IMG/VR virus record: IMGVR_UViG_3300027896_000013
Direction: 5' to 3' (one strand)
Length of the DNA: 64,000 nucleotides
Source of the DNA: a virus
Each line of letters opens with the position of its first letter. The first letter of the stretch is position 1. Made by a program: the position numbers and the translations under genes. Shown one piece after another: positions 19,855 to 30,023 of the stretch. Under the pieces are notes generated by a model. That model ran no database searches, had not been told where the DNA came from, and was given only the letters and a program-made list of their open reading frames with translations.

Positions 19855-20580
19855 TTAGTATCCACCGTAGACGTTATCGTTTCCGTTGGTTTGCGAATAG
19901 TCAAATACGTTGGTTTTATTATCCGTATTAACGTCATAGCTATACGTCTTGGCTGCACCGGAAACACCAGCTTGTAATGTATCATCATATACCTGCTGGT
20001 TAACTGTTTCACCACCACTCAAACCAGGTTCGAATGAGTATTCGAATCGCTTAGCTTTTATGAGCCATACATAGTGACCTGCAAGTGCATTTATTTGAGC
20101 TATGTCCTGATCTAGCCGCTGTGTTATCTCATATATGTTACCGCTTCGGCCACCGACACGGTCAGAACCGTATTCAGACATACGAAAGATATCACCAGAT
20201 TTAGGTTCTGCATTAACACCAAATACAGCATAGAAAGAGCTGATGTGTATAAAACCTGTAAGCTCATCATCACCAACTAACCCCCATTTGCTGAGCATTA
20301 GAGCATTTTCGTTGAGACTTATACCCAACACGATAGATTTAGGAGCATCGTATTGTTGAGTAGGTTGTTCACCGTATAGGTTATCTGCAGATAGGGTAGA
20401 GTAGCTGTGTTGTTGATACTCTACCTTTTGACCGTATAGATTAAGCTGTTCTCTCCAGTAGCTACTATAAAGTGCACGCTCACATGCAGAGTTATCTTTA
20501 TCTGTAAACCTATTACATAAGTTATCAGTTGGCGCTGTCGGGTAAACAATGATTTCTGGGCTACCTATACGACCTAACAT
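19855..20580 (-). CDS. gp14: Neck/head-closure protein (T4 gp14-like)
   Basis: EQLNLYGQKVEY, LYGE, LSKWGL..DE, PKSGDIF, FEYS. Confidence 0.75.
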   Translation of the reverse strand: MLGRIGSPEIIVYPTAPTDNLCNRFTDKDNSACERALYSSYWREQLNLYGQKVEYQQHSYSTLSADNLYGEQPTQQYDAPKSIVLGISLNENALMLSKWGLVGDDELTGFIHISSFYAVFGVNAEPKSGDIFRMSEYGSDRVGGRSGNIYEITQRLDQDIAQINALAGHYVWLIKAKRFEYSFEPGLSGGETVNQQVYDDTLQAGVSGAAKTYSYDVNTDNKTNVFDYSQTNGNDNVYGGY

Positions 20581-20581
20581 A

Positions 20582-20896
20582 TTATTTGTTCTTTGTTAAT
20601 ACAAACTTACCGTCTCTGTAACTTAGCAATATACCTGTATTGCCTAATTTAACAGGTTTAGCTATAGACAACCTAAATCTAAACTTGTCATGTAATTCGT
20701 GTATATCCTTCTGAGTTAAAAACTCTGTACGTGATGTACCATTCTTAATGTTTAGGAACTTGATATTTTCATCAGTTTTAGTCTGATGCATCTTTGGCAC
20801 AAATCGTCCAGGAAACTTCTTTGAAATTCGACTAAGAGACTTCATGTGGCGTCTCTTATCCTGACCCGTTTTGTAAAAAGACTTAAAGTTTAACAC
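20582..20896 (-). CDS. Hypothetical basic late protein
   Basis: TAAATA 5 nt before GTG; (M)LNFKSFY N-terminus resembles a capsid-targeting sequence. Confidence 0.65.
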   Translation of the reverse strand: MLNFKSFYKTGQDKRRHMKSLSRISKKFPGRFVPKMHQTKTDENIKFLNIKNGTSRTEFLTQKDIHELHDKFRFRLSIAKPVKLGNTGILLSYRDGKFVLTKNK

Positions 20897-20909
20897 AGAA
20901 TTATTTAAT

Positions 20910-20939
20910 AAAAAAAGCCCCGGCTAATGCCGGGGCTTT
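20910..20939 (-). terminator. Rho-independent terminator
   Basis: AAAGCCCCGGC-TAAT-GCCGGGGCTTT hairpin with an A-run on the left (U-tail on minus), downstream of ORF 20961-21854. Confidence 0.85.
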
Positions 20940-20960
20940 AAGAGCAATTAACTTAATGGA

Positions 20961-21854
20961 TTACGTACCAATCTGACGACCCTGTTTAACGTTGCCGTTG
21001 GCTACGTTCTTCTTAGGATAGGTCATACCCTTGTTCATACGTTCCGGGCTGATCAGCGGATGAATACCGGTTTCGGTATTACCAACCTCGTCCGTAACTG
21101 TGGCTTTAGCCTTACCACCAGCTACCTTGCTAGCATGGCCGGGAACGACGTTCGCCTTACCTTTTGGGCTCGTTGGCTTTGTATTTGGAAGCTCCTTCAT
21201 TTCTGTGGCTTCACCGGCGACTTCCTCTTCGTCTTCACCCTTCTTCTCTTCGTTGTCTTCAGAACCACCATCGGCGTTGTCAAAATGTTCACCCTCTTCA
21301 CCTTCACCCTCGGCGCCAAAATGTTCACCCTCTTCGCCTTCACCCTCTTCCTGCATATCAAGCTGGTCGAGCAAATCGCGAATCTTGCTGATGATCTCAG
21401 CTGGGGTCAGCTCTTCTAATTCACCACCCTCGCCTTCACCTTCGCCACCTTCATGGCCATATCCTTCATGACCGGATTCTGGTGCGGCGGAGATATCATC
21501 GATTGTTTCGATGTCGGGGTTTTCAAGCTGGAGACGGCCATTAAGAACGTCACTTACAATTTTATCAAAGCTTTTGCTCATATGATTATTTATATTCTTA
21601 TTCTCTGTTTTTTCTGATGATAGGGAAAATTTTGATTCTGCTTTGGTGGCTGGTTTAAATCCAGATGCACCCTCAGGACCAGTCTTCTTACCAACAAACG
21701 GTGCCTTCTTCTTTTTCTTGGTAGGTTTACCCTTAACACCTTCAAAGGTACCTTTAGGTGGGAATTTGTTCGCTTTTTCGGTTATAACCTTATCAAGCAT
21801 GTTACCGTAGAGCTGGTTTATTTCAACTAAATAGTTGCTGCCTTTGTGTTTCAT
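20961..21854 (-). CDS. Charged low-complexity late protein (prohead core/internal-protein-like)
   Basis: TATAAATA upstream; Lys-rich ends and an E/G-rich middle with duplicated EGEGEEGEHF. Confidence 0.7.
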   Translation of the reverse strand: MKHKGSNYLVEINQLYGNMLDKVITEKANKFPPKGTFEGVKGKPTKKKKKAPFVGKKTGPEGASGFKPATKAESKFSLSSEKTENKNINNHMSKSFDKIVSDVLNGRLQLENPDIETIDDISAAPESGHEGYGHEGGEGEGEGGELEELTPAEIISKIRDLLDQLDMQEEGEGEEGEHFGAEGEGEEGEHFDNADGGSEDNEEKKGEDEEEVAGEATEMKELPNTKPTSPKGKANVVPGHASKVAGGKAKATVTDEVGNTETGIHPLISPERMNKGMTYPKKNVANGNVKQGRQIGT

Positions 21855-21856
21855 CG

Positions 21857-21868
21857 TAAGTATTTATA
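21857..21868. promoter_or_regulatory. Overlapping divergent late promoters
   Basis: TAAGTA (+, 21857-21862) and TATAAATA (-, 21861-21868) within a 13 nt intergenic gap. Confidence 0.6.
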
Positions 21869-23625
21869 TGGCCAGTGCAAAAGATAATCAGTTTTATTTA
21901 GGAAACCCTAATTTACCTACACCTGGAGCTACCTTTAATTATGAAGAGCATCCAGAATGGGTAGAAGATCTAGAGAAGTGTCGTAAGAATATATTGTATT
22001 TTGCAGAAAACTTCTTTTGGATTGTTAACCTAGATGAAGGTAAAACACAGATAAAACTAAGACCTTACCAAAAACGCATCTTACGCGCTTTAAGAGATAA
22101 TCGATTTATTATAATGTTAGCAAGTCGTCAAGCTAGTAAAACTACATTGATGACAATATACGCTCTTTGGGCAGCATGCTTCTTTGATGATCAACGAATA
22201 TTGATTGTAGCTAACCGTGAAGCAACTGCAGCGGGTATATTTAAACGTGTCCGTGTGGCGTATGAACAGCTTCCTAACTATCTTAAACCAGGTACAGTTG
22301 AATATGGTAAAACTTCATTAGCTTTAGGTAACGGTTCTAGTATCGGTATATCAACTACGAGCACAGGGTCTGGTCGTGGTGAATCTGTAAACGTTCTAAT
22401 TGTTGATGAAATGGCGCACATCGAAAATGGTATTATGCAAGAGTTCTGGGAATCGGTATACCCTGTAATTTCATCTTCTAAAAAATCTAAGATATTCGTA
22501 GCATCTACCCCTAGAGGAGCTGGTAACCTATTCCATTCCTTGTATGAAGGTGCTGTCAAGAATGATAATGACTGGCATCCAGAGCGAGTTGACTGGTGGG
22601 AGGTACCAGGTAGAGATGAAGCTTGGAAGATAAAAACTATAAAAACACTTGGTAGTGAATCTGCATTTAATCAAGAGTTTGGTTGTGAGTTTCAACAGGC
22701 CGGTGAAAGCGCTATTAACGAAGAGCTGTTTAAAAAGCTTGTATCTGAATCTAGAGCTCCTTTATATGTATTTGAAGATGGGAAATATCTGCTATGGGAT
22801 AAGTTTAAACCGGATCATTTATATGCAGCAGGTGTGGATGTTAGTGAAGGTGTAGGCGAAAACGCTAGTGTTATACAAGTGATAGATATCACAGATTTAA
22901 AGGATATTCAGCAGGTTGCAATCTACAAAAATAAGAATATAAACCCCTTACAATTTATACCTAAGTGTCACGAAATATTACAACATTGGGGATCGCCACC
23001 TGTATTAATTGAACGCAATAACTGTGGTGGTCAAGTCGTAGATCAACTAAAAACAACACTAGAATATCCAAGTGTTGTTAACTACGGTCCTGGTGCTGCC
23101 GGTACAAGCTACAATCGTAATGGTATCATGGCTCATACAAACACCAAATATAAAGGTGTTATGAATATGAGGTATTACATAAACGAATTAACGGTAGTAA
23201 AGCTTCGTGATGTAGATACTATAAACGAGTTGAGAGGTTTTATTAGACATGCTAACGGGACATGGTCCGCAAGACCCGGTGCTAATAGCTTAGATGATAC
23301 TGTTATGAGCCTTGTATGGGCTCTAATGATATTAGACTCTGACATAGTTGAGAATTACTTTAATGTAGTACAAGTAGATGATAATAAAAAACCGTTATTA
23401 CTCGAAGCATTCAATAATGGTGCAGTTCGCAAATATATAGACCCACTAAAAACTTTAGGTGTTAGTCAGGATACAGATAATACAGGAGGTGTGATGCCTT
23501 TCCTGTTTAACGATTTTGGTGGGAGCTCTGAGCTCGAAGTCTTCTCAAGACAGCAAGACGTTGCCGCTCAAGTAGATAAGGAAGATTTAGATAGAAACGG
23601 CTGGAAACCTTTAAATACTTACTAG
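21868..23625 (+). CDS. gp17: Terminase large subunit (T4 gp17-like)
   Basis: YLGNPNL, LRPYQ, SRQASKTT, GRGESVNVLIVDEMAH, ASTPRG, QEFGCEF, GVDVSEG, IERNN, DDTVMSL; likely start ATG 21868. Confidence 0.95.
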   Translation: MASAKDNQFYLGNPNLPTPGATFNYEEHPEWVEDLEKCRKNILYFAENFFWIVNLDEGKTQIKLRPYQKRILRALRDNRFIIMLASRQASKTTLMTIYALWAACFFDDQRILIVANREATAAGIFKRVRVAYEQLPNYLKPGTVEYGKTSLALGNGSSIGISTTSTGSGRGESVNVLIVDEMAHIENGIMQEFWESVYPVISSSKKSKIFVASTPRGAGNLFHSLYEGAVKNDNDWHPERVDWWEVPGRDEAWKIKTIKTLGSESAFNQEFGCEFQQAGESAINEELFKKLVSESRAPLYVFEDGKYLLWDKFKPDHLYAAGVDVSEGVGENASVIQVIDITDLKDIQQVAIYKNKNINPLQFIPKCHEILQHWGSPPVLIERNNCGGQVVDQLKTTLEYPSVVNYGPGAAGTSYNRNGIMAHTNTKYKGVMNMRYYINELTVVKLRDVDTINELRGFIRHANGTWSARPGANSLDDTVMSLVWALMILDSDIVENYFNVVQVDDNKKPLLLEAFNNGAVRKYIDPLKTLGVSQDTDNTGGVMPFLFNDFGGSSELEVFSRQQDVAAQVDKEDLDRNGWKPLNTY

Positions 23626-23626
23626 A

Positions 23627-24232
23627 ATGCCACAACAATTTGTACAAGCACCGCTTAACAAGCAACGCAAAGACAAGTATCTTATAGTGATACCTGTACC
23701 TAAGGGATTGCGAGAGATGGTCGGCGGTTCAAGCGATCGCGCTAATTCTAAGATTATACCTGAAGCGCTTACAATGTCTATATATGGTAGCGTTACACCT
23801 GATATCGTTGTACCACCACTTACTCAAGGATATGCTGGTCAACATTACAGTGTATCATCTCTTGCTCGTGAAGCATATCCACCGATGAATATTAATTTCA
23901 CAATTGACAACAGGTTTAACAACTGGTGGGTTATTTATAAGTGGTTGAATATATTGAATGACGAGAAAAAAAGCGAGTACGATACCAAGAATACCACAGA
24001 TGTACAACATAAGAACGAGGTGTCGTCACAATATTACATGACCAATATCTCTATTTTCGCTTTAGACGAGTATAACAAGCGTGTTATCGAATTTAAATAT
24101 CATCTTGCCTATCCGACAAAATTAGGTGGCATAACTTTCAGTGACCGAGATCCAGGCGAAGCAGAAGCTACACTTGAATTTGCTTATAGCCAATTTACTG
24201 CGGAACTCGTTGAGAGTGTGGAAAGTTTGTAA
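23627..24232 (+). CDS. Tail tube-fold protein (gp3/gp19-like tail completion)
   Basis: MNINFTIDNRFNNWWVIYKWL, AYPTKLGGITF, TLEFAYSQF. Confidence 0.7.
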   Translation: MPQQFVQAPLNKQRKDKYLIVIPVPKGLREMVGGSSDRANSKIIPEALTMSIYGSVTPDIVVPPLTQGYAGQHYSVSSLAREAYPPMNINFTIDNRFNNWWVIYKWLNILNDEKKSEYDTKNTTDVQHKNEVSSQYYMTNISIFALDEYNKRVIEFKYHLAYPTKLGGITFSDRDPGEAEATLEFAYSQFTAELVESVESL

Positions 24233-24279
24233 ATTGTTTAAAAAGCGTTTTTAAAACGCATAAATAATTTACAGATATT

Positions 24280-26643
24280 ATGGCAACAGTTACATCACTT
24301 CGATCACCAGGTGTTCAGCTCTCTGAAATTGATCTTTCATTGAGTCCCGTTCTAAATAACGCGACTACTGTATTTGTCCCTGGTTTCGCACCAACGGGAC
24401 CGGTTAATGACTCCATCCTGGTCTCTGGCTTGACCGAGTTCCAGCAGATATACGGGCTACCTACAAATGGCGCTGAAAGATACTTCTACCACACTGTTAG
24501 GGCTGCTTTGAATAGTCCTGCAAGTGTCGTAGTTTCTCGTTTACCTTACGGTGATTCTTCACTTTCTGCTACAGGTTCAACGATCGGTTTACTTGCTTAT
24601 CCGGGTTATTGGGTTGATACTACAGATGCAGCATCCGTTACAGCAACAAGTTCTTGTACATATGCTGCAACTGGCGGTACCTATGTTCTAGGTAAACCAG
24701 CACACTATAACCTAACCAGAGAACAATTTGACGAATTTAAACAGGGTAGCTTGTTCTCATACCAATCTGCAGGCACAACATCAGATTATCTATCTGGTGA
24801 GTCAGCACTTAACGGTTCACTCTCATCTCTCGGATTTGCAGCTCTTATTGTCGCAAATCAATCTCAATCGATTATTAACTCGATGTATGAAGGTTATTAT
24901 ATTGGTATTGCAGACAATACCAATCTTAACCCGGCATGTGATTTTGATACAATTGGACACATCAAGACTGTTGTAAATCACAACCAGGGTGTAACTAACT
25001 ACCTTGGTGTCCCAGCTCCGCGTATTTCATTCCCACTTTCTGCTACATCCATGGGTGTTGACGGCAGCTTATCAGAACAGCTTGAAAGCAGCATCCCAAG
25101 CTTTGATATCTATAGCGGGCGCGAATTTGATGATACGATTATTGTTGGCTTATTCAAACTCTCTAAGTTTAATAGCTCTTCATCGAGCATTCAGTTGCAG
25201 TTTAGCTTAGAGGAAGGTTACGTTGGTTCTCTTGATAGCCAGCGCCAGATTAACACTGAAGACGGTAGCCCAGCTACAAGCTTCAGCATTGAGACGGTTG
25301 TTAATAGCTCTAGCCCAAATCTGATAGTTAAGGTTAACCCTTACTTGTCTCGCATTGTTAATGGTCAAACTTATCTGCAGCCAGATGGTACACCAGCTGT
25401 GAAGATTCGCTGTGCAAATGCAACACTTAACAACAGCGCATTGTTTGCAAATAATGCTACGAATCGCTCAACGATGATTGGTTTCGATAACAAGGATGTA
25501 GTAACTGAAATCATAGATATAAATGGTAGCACAAATGCAATCTACCCAGTAGGTTCGTATTATTCCGCTGACATTACAGATAAGAGAATTGGAAATGTAC
25601 CTCTTAAGTTGCAGACAGTTCTAGACAATCTGCTCAACGTAGACCTTTACCAGCTCAATGTTGCTTGTGAAGCAGGTCTAGGTACGGTATATGCGTGCTC
25701 TAAGACAGCCACTGCATCCGCAACTGAAGCATTCGATGATTATGCATATGTCGATGTATCAGCTCTGTCAGCATTTGACGGTACACCGGTAGTTAACGAC
25801 CTTGTTACAAACTATCAGGCAGTTGTAAACACGCTGCAGAGTTTTATTGAAAACAGCGCACGTAGAGATTTGCTTGGTATTCTTGATCCGCTTACACCTA
25901 TATTAGTACAGTCTAACTCGGTGAAGACAATCAAAAACATCGACTCTAACTTCACGCAGAGTATCTTGTGGCCGCTTAAGAATCTATACGCGCCATACAA
26001 TACCAGCTACCTTTGCAGCTTCCCACAGGTTGTGAGAATTGCCGATGCAGCAACTGGTAATCCAATCTGGGTACCATTCTCTGGTTACATGGCAGCGATC
26101 CTTGCGAACATGGATACATATTACACTCCATGGTCTGCACCGGCTGGATTCACTCGCGGTGTTGTTACCGGTGTATCTGATCTTGCTTACTACCCACGTC
26201 AGAAGCAACGCGATCAGTTGTATACTTCAAACTTCAACCCTGTAACGTTCTTTACAAACGAAGGTTTCGTAATCTACGGTCAGAAGACGTTGTTGAAGAG
26301 ACCGAGTGCGTTTAATCGCATTAACGTCCGCCGCTTGTTCTTGAACTTGGAAATCGCAACACGCGAAACGCTCAAGTATTACGTGTTCGAACCGAACACG
26401 TTGTTCACACGCACACAGGTTATCAACTCTATTACACCTATCTTCGAAAATGCGAAGAACACACAGGGTGTATACGATTACCTGATTATCTGCGATGAAA
26501 GAAACAATACACCGGCTGTAATCGATCAGAACACAATGATAGTTGATATCTATATCAAGCCGGTAAGAACGGCTGAATTTATCCTAGCAAATTTCTTTGC
26601 AACTCAAACAGGTGTTAACTTCCAAGAAATTATTGGTGGTTAA
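24280..26643 (+). CDS. gp18: Contractile tail sheath protein
   Basis: SPGVQLSEIDLS, PWSAPAGFTRG, IYGQKTL, AFNRINVRRLF, VFEPN, IKPVRTAEFI. Confidence 0.96.
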   Translation: MATVTSLRSPGVQLSEIDLSLSPVLNNATTVFVPGFAPTGPVNDSILVSGLTEFQQIYGLPTNGAERYFYHTVRAALNSPASVVVSRLPYGDSSLSATGSTIGLLAYPGYWVDTTDAASVTATSSCTYAATGGTYVLGKPAHYNLTREQFDEFKQGSLFSYQSAGTTSDYLSGESALNGSLSSLGFAALIVANQSQSIINSMYEGYYIGIADNTNLNPACDFDTIGHIKTVVNHNQGVTNYLGVPAPRISFPLSATSMGVDGSLSEQLESSIPSFDIYSGREFDDTIIVGLFKLSKFNSSSSSIQLQFSLEEGYVGSLDSQRQINTEDGSPATSFSIETVVNSSSPNLIVKVNPYLSRIVNGQTYLQPDGTPAVKIRCANATLNNSALFANNATNRSTMIGFDNKDVVTEIIDINGSTNAIYPVGSYYSADITDKRIGNVPLKLQTVLDNLLNVDLYQLNVACEAGLGTVYACSKTATASATEAFDDYAYVDVSALSAFDGTPVVNDLVTNYQAVVNTLQSFIENSARRDLLGILDPLTPILVQSNSVKTIKNIDSNFTQSILWPLKNLYAPYNTSYLCSFPQVVRIADAATGNPIWVPFSGYMAAILANMDTYYTPWSAPAGFTRGVVTGVSDLAYYPRQKQRDQLYTSNFNPVTFFTNEGFVIYGQKTLLKRPSAFNRINVRRLFLNLEIATRETLKYYVFEPNTLFTRTQVINSITPIFENAKNTQGVYDYLIICDERNNTPAVIDQNTMIVDIYIKPVRTAEFILANFFATQTGVNFQEIIGG

Positions 26644-26703
26644 TAGGTTGCAATTGCGATTTAAATAGGAAAAGTAGATACAGCTACATAAATAATTGTA
26701 CAT

Positions 26704-27249
26704 ATGGCAGACGTAAGTCAACTAATCACGGATTTTTATAAGGTAGCGCAAAATCGCGATTTTGCTCGCGATATTAACTTTCGTCTACTTTCTATTACAC
26801 CAGGCGATGCATCAGCAATAACGTTTAATCAAGACGACCTTGTCTACATTAAAACCGCTACGCTTCCAGGCAGAGCGATTACAAACGTACCAGTTCCGTA
26901 TATGGGACTGAAGTTTAACATTCCAGGTACCGCTTCTTATCCAGGTAGTGAATCTTACGAATTGAAGTTTTATTGTGATGCTAAATCAAGACTTCGCCAG
27001 CAATTTGAAAGATGGCAGCGTGATATATTTGACGATGCTACCTCAACTGGTAACTACTTCACACCTAAGCAGAATTCAACGATTGACATGGTTCAGCTCG
27101 ATTTCCAAAATAATCGTATTGCACAATATCAATTAGTCGGTGTCGCCGTTAACGATGTTGGAGCTCTTTCATACAACATATCAGACGGTACAGGTGCTAC
27201 AATTGAATTTACTGCAAAGATCAGCTATCATTACTGGACACGGAAATAA
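26704..27249 (+). CDS. gp19: Tail tube protein
   Basis: Follows the sheath gene; TATLPGR, VPYMG, FERWQ, IEFTAKISYHYW. Confidence 0.9.
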   Translation: MADVSQLITDFYKVAQNRDFARDINFRLLSITPGDASAITFNQDDLVYIKTATLPGRAITNVPVPYMGLKFNIPGTASYPGSESYELKFYCDAKSRLRQQFERWQRDIFDDATSTGNYFTPKQNSTIDMVQLDFQNNRIAQYQLVGVAVNDVGALSYNISDGTGATIEFTAKISYHYWTRK

Positions 27250-27298
27250 TCCGTACGATATCCGGTAGCTGTTTTATTAATACTGCATAAGTATTTCT

Positions 27299-28219
27299 AT
27301 GAACAACCCCTTCTCTTCTGCGCTATCGGAGCTCGGAAATAATATTGGCAAAATAAAATCAGGGGAGAACTCTCTTTTCGCTCCACAAGTTACCGAGCTA
27401 TTTGGTTTTAATGTTCAAGGTGTACCTTTAATCAGTTCTCGAGATTACTTCCTGACTCAAATGGAGTCTTGGTTTACGTCAATACCACTTCAAACACAGT
27501 GGATAGTATTGATAAACCCATATCCTAAATGCGTTAATACTTCCATTCTCCAAGGACTTGAACGTACGGAAGGCAATAGCAAAGCATTTGATCTAAACAA
27601 AGCTAAGAGTATATTAACATCTTACCCTCTACAGAAGGTTACAGGTTGCATTTTTGCTCAAGGTGTCAACTTACCCGCAGAGTCGTTTGATGTTGAATAT
27701 GTAAACGTTGAGAACAACAGAGGTTTCACACCTGCACCTATCACATCTAAGCGTGCTAACCCCGGTCAGCTTACAATGGACTTCCTGGAAACAAATACAT
27801 CGTTTACAGATTTCGTTATTAGGCCATGGATTATAGCAGGTTCACATTTTGGCTTTGTTGCTCGTGACCCAAAGGATAAAGTAGAAGCTTCAAAGAATGT
27901 AAGAACAACCGTTACAATATTACAATATACAAGAACATATCAACGCGTCTCAATGATACCTCGAAAGATATGGACCTTTTATAATTGTGCACCTATTAAT
28001 ATTGGAGATCAGTCTCTAACGTATGATTCTGAGGCCTTTACAGGTGGTAGAGCGTTTCACCAAACACGCTGGGTGTATTCACACTATACAGTAGAAAATA
28101 ATTTGTATCTACCTCTTGCAAATATAATTAACAGAATATCTAACGGTCAGTTACCAAGTATAACAACGCTGCAGCAAGCAGGCGGTATAGCTGGTATTAA
28201 CCCGGCTGGTTTATTCTAA
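27299..28219 (+). CDS. Baseplate tail-tube initiator-like protein (gp54/gp48-like)
   Basis: Tube-fold motifs GVNLPAE, LTMDFLET, WTFYNCAP; synteny. Confidence 0.6.
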   Translation: MNNPFSSALSELGNNIGKIKSGENSLFAPQVTELFGFNVQGVPLISSRDYFLTQMESWFTSIPLQTQWIVLINPYPKCVNTSILQGLERTEGNSKAFDLNKAKSILTSYPLQKVTGCIFAQGVNLPAESFDVEYVNVENNRGFTPAPITSKRANPGQLTMDFLETNTSFTDFVIRPWIIAGSHFGFVARDPKDKVEASKNVRTTVTILQYTRTYQRVSMIPRKIWTFYNCAPINIGDQSLTYDSEAFTGGRAFHQTRWVYSHYTVENNLYLPLANIINRISNGQLPSITTLQQAGGIAGINPAGLF

Positions 28220-28365
28220 TCACCTTCTCCACCTTCATCAGGTATATCAATGTTTATATCACCACCATCATTGAAGCCGCTATCGTTAAACATTGATTCA
28301 TCAGCATTTAAACCATCGAGAGCACTTACTTGGGAGCTGGCTGGGTTTGTTCCTGGGTCACTCAT
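28216..28365 (-). CDS. Unlisted 49-aa highly acidic peptide
   Basis: MSDPGTNPASSQVSALDGLNADESMFNDSGFNDGGDINIDIPDEGGEGD*; TAAATA at 28373-28378; fills the intergenic gap. Confidence 0.6.
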   Translation of the reverse strand: MSDPGTNPASSQVSALDGLNADESMFNDSGFNDGGDINIDIPDEGGEGD

Positions 28366-28411
28366 ATACCGGTATTTATTGACTTAACCAAAACCAGCAA
28401 TAATTAATTCT

Positions 28412-29239
28412 GTGAAGTTTTATAGTGAAATAACATTACCTGAGACTGGCGAAGTATGCAAAATACAGCAAGTTCCATTCTCGGCTTATTATGAGTTGAA
28501 TAAGTTCATACAGAACAATATAGACAGTCATATTGAAATTGCGTTCATAGATCTGCTTACAACATATACAAACAAAAAGCATTTTACTACCTTAGATGCA
28601 TTCGTTGCTTTGTTGTTCATGCGTATTATTTCAGTTGGGTCTACTTTAAAATTGGTATCTGATCGTATACAATACGAAACAAAACTGGTTGATACTCTAC
28701 AACGCTTCTCTGATATAAAGATAGAACCGCAAAAAATTCAAATAAACAACGACATATTTTTCAATATAAAGACACCAGCAAAACTGTTTAACATAGACAC
28801 CGAAGATTTTATCTACAGCGTTGACGTTAAGGGTGAATGTACAATCTTAACTACCGACGAGCGAAAACAAATAATGGAAATGCTGCCAGCTACAGCTCTA
28901 GAGACTCTTATATCATATAGTGATATTGTTGAAAATATTCTCAGCAAGATATTTGTTAGAGTAGTAGATAACAACATAGCTTGCAGCTTGCAGGATGATG
29001 TACTGTTTGAACTACTTAAACTACTATACAAAGATGATATATTAGCCTGTCAAAAGAAACTATTACAAGCTGTTCACTACTTTGGAGTGGAAGCTGAATA
29101 TGTAAATAGTTTACCACCCGCAGAAGTAGATATCCTAATGAGTATAATAGAAGCTCAGGAAGCTAAAGAGAATAGTCAGAGCTCATCAGGTAGTATACCT
29201 ATACCGTCAAGAGTTCATGGCAGCTCACCAGACGCTTGA
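28412..29239 (+). CDS. Baseplate hub assembly protein (gp26/gp51-like)
   Basis: EITLPETG, LFMRIISVG, C-terminal EYVNSLPPAEVDI (gp51-like). Confidence 0.6.
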   Translation: MKFYSEITLPETGEVCKIQQVPFSAYYELNKFIQNNIDSHIEIAFIDLLTTYTNKKHFTTLDAFVALLFMRIISVGSTLKLVSDRIQYETKLVDTLQRFSDIKIEPQKIQINNDIFFNIKTPAKLFNIDTEDFIYSVDVKGECTILTTDERKQIMEMLPATALETLISYSDIVENILSKIFVRVVDNNIACSLQDDVLFELLKLLYKDDILACQKKLLQAVHYFGVEAEYVNSLPPAEVDILMSIIEAQEAKENSQSSSGSIPIPSRVHGSSPDA

Positions 29240-29269
29240 TAAAGAAATACACTGTCCTAAATAATTTCC

Positions 29270-30007
29270 ATGAGTGATTTTAATAAAATACTGAGCGCTG
29301 TAAAGGGTGCAGTAGACAGCCAACACGTTAATATATTCGTACCATCGGCTAATAATCAAATTCTGTTCAGACCACTCACTGCAAAGCAGCAGAAAGACTT
29401 GGTGAAGACAGCTGTAGATACAAACCTAGGTGCTATTACTTTTCAGGATGCGCTCAATAACATTCTTACGACTAATTGTCTTCTACCTCACGCTATACTC
29501 GTATCAGATCGTCAATATCTAACAGTTATGCTTAGAGCACTAACTTTAACTCCGAAGTACGTTGATAACAATGTAACTTACGATTTGCTAGCACTCAAAA
29601 ACAATAATACACCGCTAGCTGATGATCTCAAGGCAAAGACTATAACCGTCTCTGATTTTATTATTAAGTGTAAGGTACCTACTCTTAAGCAAGATTCTAT
29701 CTATAACGGTGTAGTGCTTAAACAATCAGCGGAGAAAAAAGATAATGCAGAAACATTTGGTGATCTGTTTATCTACGAAGTTCTGAAGTACGTTGAGCGT
29801 ATTGAGTGTCCAAGCCTGCAAATAAATGTCGCTATGAGTGAGCTTTCTATGCATCAGCAGTATCAACTAATAGATAGTTTACCTGCAACTGCGTACAACG
29901 AAATTGTCGACTATATAAATAGCGTTAAGACTTCTGAAGAGAGTCTCTTTAAGATTGATAACGTTACTCTCAACATTGATGTTGACCAAGGGTTCTTTAC
30001 ACCATAA
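29270..30007 (+). CDS. gp26: Baseplate hub subunit (gp26-like)
   Basis: VPS...FRPLTAKQQK, DRQYLTVMLRA, LIDSLP, C-terminal FF. Confidence 0.7.
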   Translation: MSDFNKILSAVKGAVDSQHVNIFVPSANNQILFRPLTAKQQKDLVKTAVDTNLGAITFQDALNNILTTNCLLPHAILVSDRQYLTVMLRALTLTPKYVDNNVTYDLLALKNNNTPLADDLKAKTITVSDFIIKCKVPTLKQDSIYNGVVLKQSAEKKDNAETFGDLFIYEVLKYVERIECPSLQINVAMSELSMHQQYQLIDSLPATAYNEIVDYINSVKTSEESLFKIDNVTLNIDVDQGFFTP

Positions 30008-30023
30008 TACCTAATAAGTATTA

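Noticed and set aside
21060-21471. Plus-strand ORFs of 75-123 aa
   Set aside because: They are antisense shadows of the low-complexity gene 20961-21854.
21868-23625. Intein or intron in the terminase or helicase
   Set aside because: Lengths and motif spacing are normal, with no splice motifs or homing endonuclease.
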